This document shows, in pieces, positions 38,067 through 38,135 of a stretch of 38,135 nucleotides of DNA (positions are counted from its first letter, which is position 1; the number at the start of each line of letters is the position of its first letter). This DNA is from an uncultured bacterium (GTDB lineage Bacteria; Caldisericota; Caldisericia; B22-G15): assembly GCA_965612865.1 (NCBI GenBank), contig CBFDTJ010000007.1, positions 1 to 38,135 of the forward strand, in the 5' to 3' direction. The translations under genes and the position numbers were made by a program. Under the pieces are notes generated by a model that did not search any database, was not told the DNA's origin, and saw only the letters and a list, made by a program, of their open reading frames with translations.

Positions 38067-38135
38067 CTGTCTCTTATACACATCTGACGCTGCCGACGAA
38101 GGCTTAGGTGTAGATCTCGGTGGTCGCCGTATCAT
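38067..38135. other. Illumina Nextera adapter read-through (technical artefact)
   Basis: CTGTCTCTTATACACATCT (Tn5 mosaic end) + GACGCTGCCGACGA + 8-nt index AGGCTTAG + GTGTAGATCTCGGTGGTCGCCGTATCAT (P5 reverse complement). Confidence 0.99.

Noticed and set aside
38067..38085. Tn5/IS50-like end as a mobile element
   Set aside because: It is followed by Illumina adapter, index and P5 sequence, so it is a library artefact.
1..38135. CRISPR array or tandem repeat array
   Set aside because: No regularly spaced repeats were seen by eye; intergenic regions are short and mostly explained.

Overview
AT-rich bacterial chromosomal window. It probably comes from an anaerobic Caldisericota-like organism; this is inferred from the copper-amine-oxidase-N ('stalk') surface protein and the gene content, not from a search. 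From left to right it holds a 1600-aa secreted C1A cysteine-protease mosaic protein, xth, a stand-alone tRNA-Ile(GAT), a DJ-1/PfpI gene, a lipoprotein, and a vapBC-tdh-kbl unit. Next is a tightly packed ~15 kb minus-strand run: PASTA lipoprotein, rpe, mazEF-like pair, ADP-ribosylglycohydrolase, ribokinase, nucleoside hydrolase, BMP-type nucleoside ABC transporter, second nucleoside hydrolase, roadblock / small GTPase / roadblock, amidohydrolase, nucleoside phosphorylase and a membrane protein. A plus-strand housekeeping block follows: coaX, dusB, unknown gene, greA, lysS, trpS, DUF2007, 6S RNA, RseC, DUF4388, membrane protein, MrfA-like helicase, MATE, tRNA-Ser(GGA) and a truncated thiouridylase-like gene. 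The last 69 nt are Illumina Nextera adapter. The best leads are: (1) an MglA/MglB-like G-protein module embedded in a nucleoside-salvage operon, whose G4 motif reads NLKN instead of NKxD; (2) a mazF whose coupled ATG is out of frame across an A9 run; (3) a DJ-1 gene with two in-frame starts that could give lipoprotein and cytosolic forms; (4) three apparently leaderless genes. I saw no CRISPR array, transposase or integrase.
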